Positions 57,278-64,000 of a stretch of DNA of 64,000 nucleotides are shown piece by piece. The number at the start of each line of letters is the position of its first letter. Position 1 is the stretch's first letter. The stretch comes from the human T2T-CHM13v2.0 reference genome, Homo sapiens. Location: NCBI RefSeq assembly GCF_009914755.1, contig NC_060938.1; one strand, written 5' to 3'. Both the position numbers and the translations under genes were made by a program. The notes under the pieces were generated by a model. The model was not told where the DNA came from. It searched no databases and worked only from the letters and a program-made list of their open reading frames with translations.

Positions 57278-57939
57278 ACTGGTTTTCCAATAATGTAGAT
57301 TTCTACCATCAGTGTTCCATAAATGAAAAGTTTATTAATTTACAACAGAAACAATTTTATAATCAATATCTGGAATATTTATTAAATCATCATAAATGTT
57401 ATCAGGAGCCTTATTTTATGATGCCAACATAGTTTAAATACTTATTTGATTTGTAAGTTAAAATAATATCTTTGTTTTAGTTTCCACTGGAGGTATATTA
57501 AGGATTTAAAAATCTATCCACTAATATATATCAAAATTTTAAATGCAATTATTTTCAAGACCAACAATTCCACTTTGCGGAATTTATCCTACAAATTTAT
57601 TCCCACATGTGTACAAAAACACGTGCAAGGTTTAAAAGATGGGTACTCCAGCCTTATGGTAATAGCAAAAGGGAGAAACAAGCTAAATGCTAAATACATC
57701 AGAGTTCACCTATGATGGAATGATATACAGTCATTAAAAAAGACGAAGGTATATAGGCATGTGCTGTCTATATAACAGTCTTATTTATGCAAAGTAAGGA
57801 AAAAATGTGCTTATATAGATGCAGAGAATAGTTCTAGAAAGGATTCACAAAAACTGGCAAGAGTTACCTTTGATAAATGGGACTGGATGAAAAATATGGA
57901 TTTACTTTTTACTACTATATTCTTTTGTACCTTTTGCAT

Positions 57940-59587
<1,648 letters not shown>

Positions 59588-60730
59588 ACCATTTGGCCAA
59601 ATTCTTAAATTATACTGGAATCTTTTACCATAGGGCTAAGATCACTAAGACAATTCTATAGCTGAAAGGGACTTTAGACATTAACTTAAAGATTAGAAAA
59701 ATGAGGCTTAGAAAAGTAAAACAACTTTCTCAAAGTTACTCAGTGAAGAAAAGGCAGGGCAGGGACTTGAACCAGACTTTTGATTCCACTGACTTTCCCA
59801 ATGCTCAAACTAAGGCTCCAACCTACGTTCACTGTACCCCAAACATGTGCCTCCCCTTAAAGAGAACAATTATCACTGGCTGACTCTGCACTGACTGGTC
59901 TCACAAGAGGTCTTATCAAGTGAAGGTCGTTTAGTTTCCAGCCTGAGAAGGAGCTATCCATCTCAATGTGTGCATTTAACATAATGTATTGTTGATAGTA
60001 AATACTAGAACTTGGGCTCAAAGAGCTGGATCAAATTTAAGTCAAATTGTAGTACTGCATATTCCAGCCAGTTTATAGTAAAAGGTAAACTGGTTGATAA
60101 AATTGAATTTACCATGTTAATTTTATTTTCCTCCTAGGGAATGGCATCTTTGTGAAATGGGCAATTTTAATTCCTGAAACTCTAAGAGCAGCGTGCACAC
60201 TTACAGCTAATATGTAGCAGAACCTGGATTTAGTGGACTTCTGTTGACTCCAAATTTTTCATGCGTCTTTTACTTCCACTCTACAATTGTTTTTGCTTTC
60301 TCTGGTACGAAAGTGGGTGAAAGTAACATCACAGAATAATACTGTTGAATGGAAATGTCTGTGAAACAAGCTGCCAGTATATTTTCTAGCCTATGGCTTT
60401 TAAAACTTGCTCCTTTACATGTTTCAGAGCTGCTCAGTCCTACTCAAAAAGTTTGACCTTTAGCTAGGATGATGACTTTTCTTCCAGCTGAATCAAAGAC
60501 ATCTGACTACATGACAAAAAGCCTGCTGCCAGCCATGGGGAAAATATTTAGAGAAGAGATTATTTCCTGCACCTGATTTTCCTCTCAATCAGCAAGCTGA
60601 GAGCTTTCAAATAGTAGTTTCACCTTCATGAGCCTATCATTTTCTTACCTAAGCCCAAAGATGTCTATTTTTGCCTCTTAGTCTCAAAGTAAAAGTTTCA
60701 AAGTAAAAACAAAAAAGTTATTCTGACTGC

Positions 60731-61391
60731 TGTCAAAGATAAACCCAGCCAGACATTCGTTAAAGTAGTGAAAACAGATTTTATTCAGTAAACCACTGAT
60801 AGTAGGGGAAAGGGCTGAGCTCAATTCTCATTTGTGCAGAGGTGACTGGCCATTTTAAAAAAGAGAGTAAGGGAGTGGCAGGGAGCCAGCCGCAAGAAGA
60901 GTCAGAGAAGAGAAACCTTAAAGTGTTGGTCAGTGTAAACGCCATACTACCTGGCAATTAGTAAGTTACTATTCTATCCTCTCACACAGACTGGGAGACA
61001 AAGCCCCTATCCCTCCTGATGATTACGTTTCAAAGAAATGGCTCTCAAAGATACTTGAAGGGACACTTCAGAGTTGGAAGAGATACATATTAACAATTGT
61101 AAGCCTGTTTCGTAAATGCTCTAAAAAGGGAACGAGAGGGGTCTATCAATTAGGTGTTGACTAGAACAAACAGTAAATTCTCCCCCTAGCTTTGAGCTTT
61201 TTCAGGCAGGCATTTTAATGGCGGGGGCGGCGGGGGGCGGCCTGGGGTCACCCTAGGGGCAGGCCTTACATTGCTAGAAGATAAACTAGTGTCGATGTCT
61301 TTCAGTGCAGAAGTTTTGACTGAGTCATCACGTCCTAGGAGTTCTGCAGTTGTCACTACCTCGGGATAGTCCTCATCTTTATTTCCCCACA
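60731..61391 (-). mobile_element. ERV1-type solo LTR (MER67-like)
   Basis: TG...CA bounded ~660 bp; TTTATT about 50 nt from left end (poly(A) signal on - strand). Confidence 0.55.
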
Positions 61392-62782
61392 ACTAGCTTG
61401 CTGCCTACTTAGTGCAAACAGCTATTAGAAAGTCAACAGGTGAAGGTAAAAAATTTAAAAACTTCATTTCATTAAGAGCTATTTAGTCACCGGGCAGAAA
61501 GAAATCTGGGCTTCAGGTTTGAATATAACTTTTATTTTAAGCATCCTCAGATTCTCTCAAAGGACAGAATGAGGAAAAACAACAAAACACCCCCACAGAG
61601 ATAGGACCACAATAAAAGGGTCTAAATGTCAGGGTCAAAACTGATTTTCTGCTTCCTCACTGAAAAGAAAAAGGGAAAGCCAGGCGCGGTGGCTCCCATC
61701 TATAATCTCAGCCGCCAGGGAGGCTGAGGCCGGAGGATCACTTGAGCCCAGGGGTTTGAGGCTGCTGTGAGCTCTGATCATACCACTGCACCCCAGCCTG
61801 GGAGACCCTGTCTCTTATTAAAACAAACAAACAACAAACTAAATAAAAATAAACAGGATGAGGAGGAGAAAGGGAGCAAGTTGTTAGGCACATTTGAGAA
61901 AACGTCAAAATTTTCCTTACAAACTAGCCAAACACCTACAGTGATATGCCATTTTCCTGACAAAGAATTCAGGCCCCAAAAGAAAGGCAGCCCACAACTG
62001 AGCGTATTCCCAAGCATGAGTTCTTTCAAGAAATATTTTTTTGTGGACCTTCTATGGATTAAGACACTCTTTCATCCTGGAGAGAGCCCACAGTCTAGTG
62101 GGAGAGAAAGACACATAAACAAATATCTACTTTACAGCGTGATGACCGGTATTAACACAGGTCTGAACAAGGTGCAGCGGTGAGAGAGCAAAAGCAGTGC
62201 CTCAGAAACACAGGGATATCCTCTCACAGCAGGTGACATTTGGCGGGATCTTGGAAAATGAGTAAGGGGATCCAAGATCGAATCCGAGGGCTATGCTAGG
62301 GCGATTCGATTCCATCCCCACTTTGGCTTAGGGACCTCTTCTATATCCTCAGTAAACTTCCCTTCTCAGAGCATTTATTAAAACCTCCTTGGCCTTTCCA
62401 GACGAATGTCTGGCTACGTAAACTGTGAGCTCTGTAGGGCAGAGGTGGCGACGGTTCAGTTATATAAATCCAGTGCCCGGCTCAATAAGGGTATGTGGAA
62501 TGGATGAATCCATTAATGAATAAAGACAGCAGACCTCCACAAAAGCCCGCCGGCCGGGCGCCTTTTCCTACCGGCTGGGATCGCTTCGTCCAGCCTGATT
62601 CACTCAGGAGGAATGCGCGAAGAGGCCGTCAGGAAGCCTCGCCCTAGACTCAAGAAAAGAACCTGGGAAAAGCTCAGGATCCTCCCAGGAAACAAGGACC
62701 CTCACTGTGGCCCAGGGTCTGAAGGGACCGCGCTCCGGGTTCCTAAACCTGTGAAAGCGGCTTATCCCATTCCTTTACTTAC

Positions 62783-62823
62783 ATTCGCGAGGGAAAGATT
62801 TCAATTCGGTCTTTGCCCGACAT
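62783..62823 (-). CDS. ATP6V1D: ATP6V1D exon 1 coding part, MSGKDRIEIFPSRM (V-type H+ ATPase V1 subunit D)
   Basis: ATG at 62823-62821 with A at -3; gtaagt donor; nine exons total 744 nt = 247 aa + stop. Confidence 0.97.
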
Positions 62824-63430
62824 TCTGACGATAACTTTTCGGCTCGGGTCCCCGGCCGGGCAACCGAGGCTGCAATAGCTCCAGAACTGGCCTCCACAGT
62901 GTCTTCCTCTACGGGAGTCAGCTGGTTGTGTCACTTGACCCCTCTTGTTGCTAAGAGGCAGCAGGGACACCCATTTTCACTTCCGCTTCCGGTTGTCACA
63001 GGCGACGAAGGGGGAGGACAGAACAGAGGCGTTGCCCGGATGTCGAGGCGCGCGCACCGCGGAACCACCCCTCAATTCCGGTTCGCCTCCCAACCCCTCC
63101 CCATCCAGCTTCCCTGCGGCTGCGCAATACGCGGCACGCGCCAGGCCAAAGACTAGGAGCGAAGCGTGCACGCCTTGTCTTTCTCCACCTTTCGTCTTTG
63201 GTCACAGCGCCATCTCATGGTTAGCTGAAACTTTGAAAGAGGATTCATTCTTCAGAGGCAAGGAATCGGAGTCCTATGTCTTTCTCGCGCCTTGAAGGTT
63301 ACTTAGCTAAAGCTAAGATAGCGAGAAACAGTACTTTTCAGGTCCTTCCATGATCTACATTCGTCCTTGTTCTCGGAGGACCCAGACTCTATGGTTAATG
63401 ATGAAGAGGGGCCTCTATTCGTTCAGCGCT

Positions 63431-63459
63431 TGCGCATGCGAGGAGGTTCCGCATGCGCG
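63431..63459. promoter_or_regulatory. Two NRF1 (alpha-Pal) palindromic sites
   Basis: TGCGCATGCG 63431-63440 and CCGCATGCGCG 63449-63459; alpha-Pal/NRF1 is an established regulator of the eIF2-alpha promoter. Confidence 0.85.
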
Positions 63460-63581
63460 GTGGAGTGAGCGAAGCGCACGCTGAGGAGGATCGGCGGCCG
63501 GTGAGGGGGAAGCAAGTCTGGTCTCTGTGATTGAAGAAGTCGGCTCTGGGCTCCAGTGCGGGAATCACACACATACCTCAG
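63455..63581 (+). other. EIF2S1: EIF2S1 non-coding exon 1 (5'UTR); start approximate; CDS lies outside the window
   Basis: ends ...CACACATACCTCAG|gtgact donor; recognised 5'UTR and known head-to-head position with ATP6V1D. Confidence 0.8.
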
Positions 63582-64000
63582 GTGACTAATCCCAAGCTCG
63601 GTTTCTCCAGGAACTCACTTTGGTTTGTGTCCAGTGACATGGGTGTTCGAGAGCGGGTAGGCCCCGGGCTAATACCTCCCTTTCCCGTCCCTGCGCGGGA
63701 AGTGGCTGGACAGCACCGCCACCACCCGCGCTGTCGTGGGCCTCCTCGCCGGCTCCGTGTAGGTCATCCTGTGTTCCAGAGGCATCGTTGTTCGAGCAGA
63801 GGAATCTCGTGAAGGAAAGTGGGCCGAGTGGATTGTACAGCCTCTACAATATGCCGAAAGTGAGAATGCCATGACGATGGGGCGGTCTCAGGAGAACGCT
63901 GTGACACCGTAACTCTTAACCCCGGCTCAGGACGCTGAGCACTTTGCTTTTTCCAGGCTTGAGAATTCCATCTTTTCTTCCGCCCCAACAGCTCTACCAA

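Larger units (their letters stand above)
62540..63950. promoter_or_regulatory. CpG island / bidirectional promoter of ATP6V1D (-) and EIF2S1 (+)
   Basis: abrupt rise in GC and CpG; tandem ETS/GABP CCGGAAGCGGAAGTG (- strand, 62978-62992); NRF1 sites at 63431 and 63449; no TATA box seen. Confidence 0.9.

Noticed and set aside
62899-64000. ORFs across the CpG island as EIF2S1 coding sequence
   Set aside because: None resembles eIF2-alpha (MPGLSCRFY...); its start codon lies in exon 2 outside the window.

Overview
Hominoid (human or great-ape) genomic DNA, AT- and Alu-rich, matching the PALS1(MPP5)-ATP6V1D-EIF2S1 locus. It holds the last 11 coding exons and long 3'UTR of PALS1 (+; L27C-PDZ-SH3-Hook-GK, stop at 36080). 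It also holds the complete 9-exon ATP6V1D gene (-; exons sum to 744 nt = 247 aa + stop), convergent with PALS1, and the non-coding exon 1 of EIF2S1 (+), sharing a CpG-island bidirectional promoter with ATP6V1D. Introns carry about 50 Alu pieces, a 5'-truncated L1PA inserted inside an Alu, a near full-length SVA with TSD, a Y1 RNA retrocopy, LTRs and MITEs. I find no evidence for a new multi-gene system. The most notable signals are a ~310 bp microhomology-flanked local duplication straddling ATP6V1D exon 2, a short 3' transduction on the L1, Thr instead of the expected Ile at PALS1 residue 265 beside the PDZ carboxylate loop, a strong CTCF motif between the convergent 3' ends, and an older ~85 bp dispersed duplicate. 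Repeat boundaries and subfamily names are by eye and approximate.
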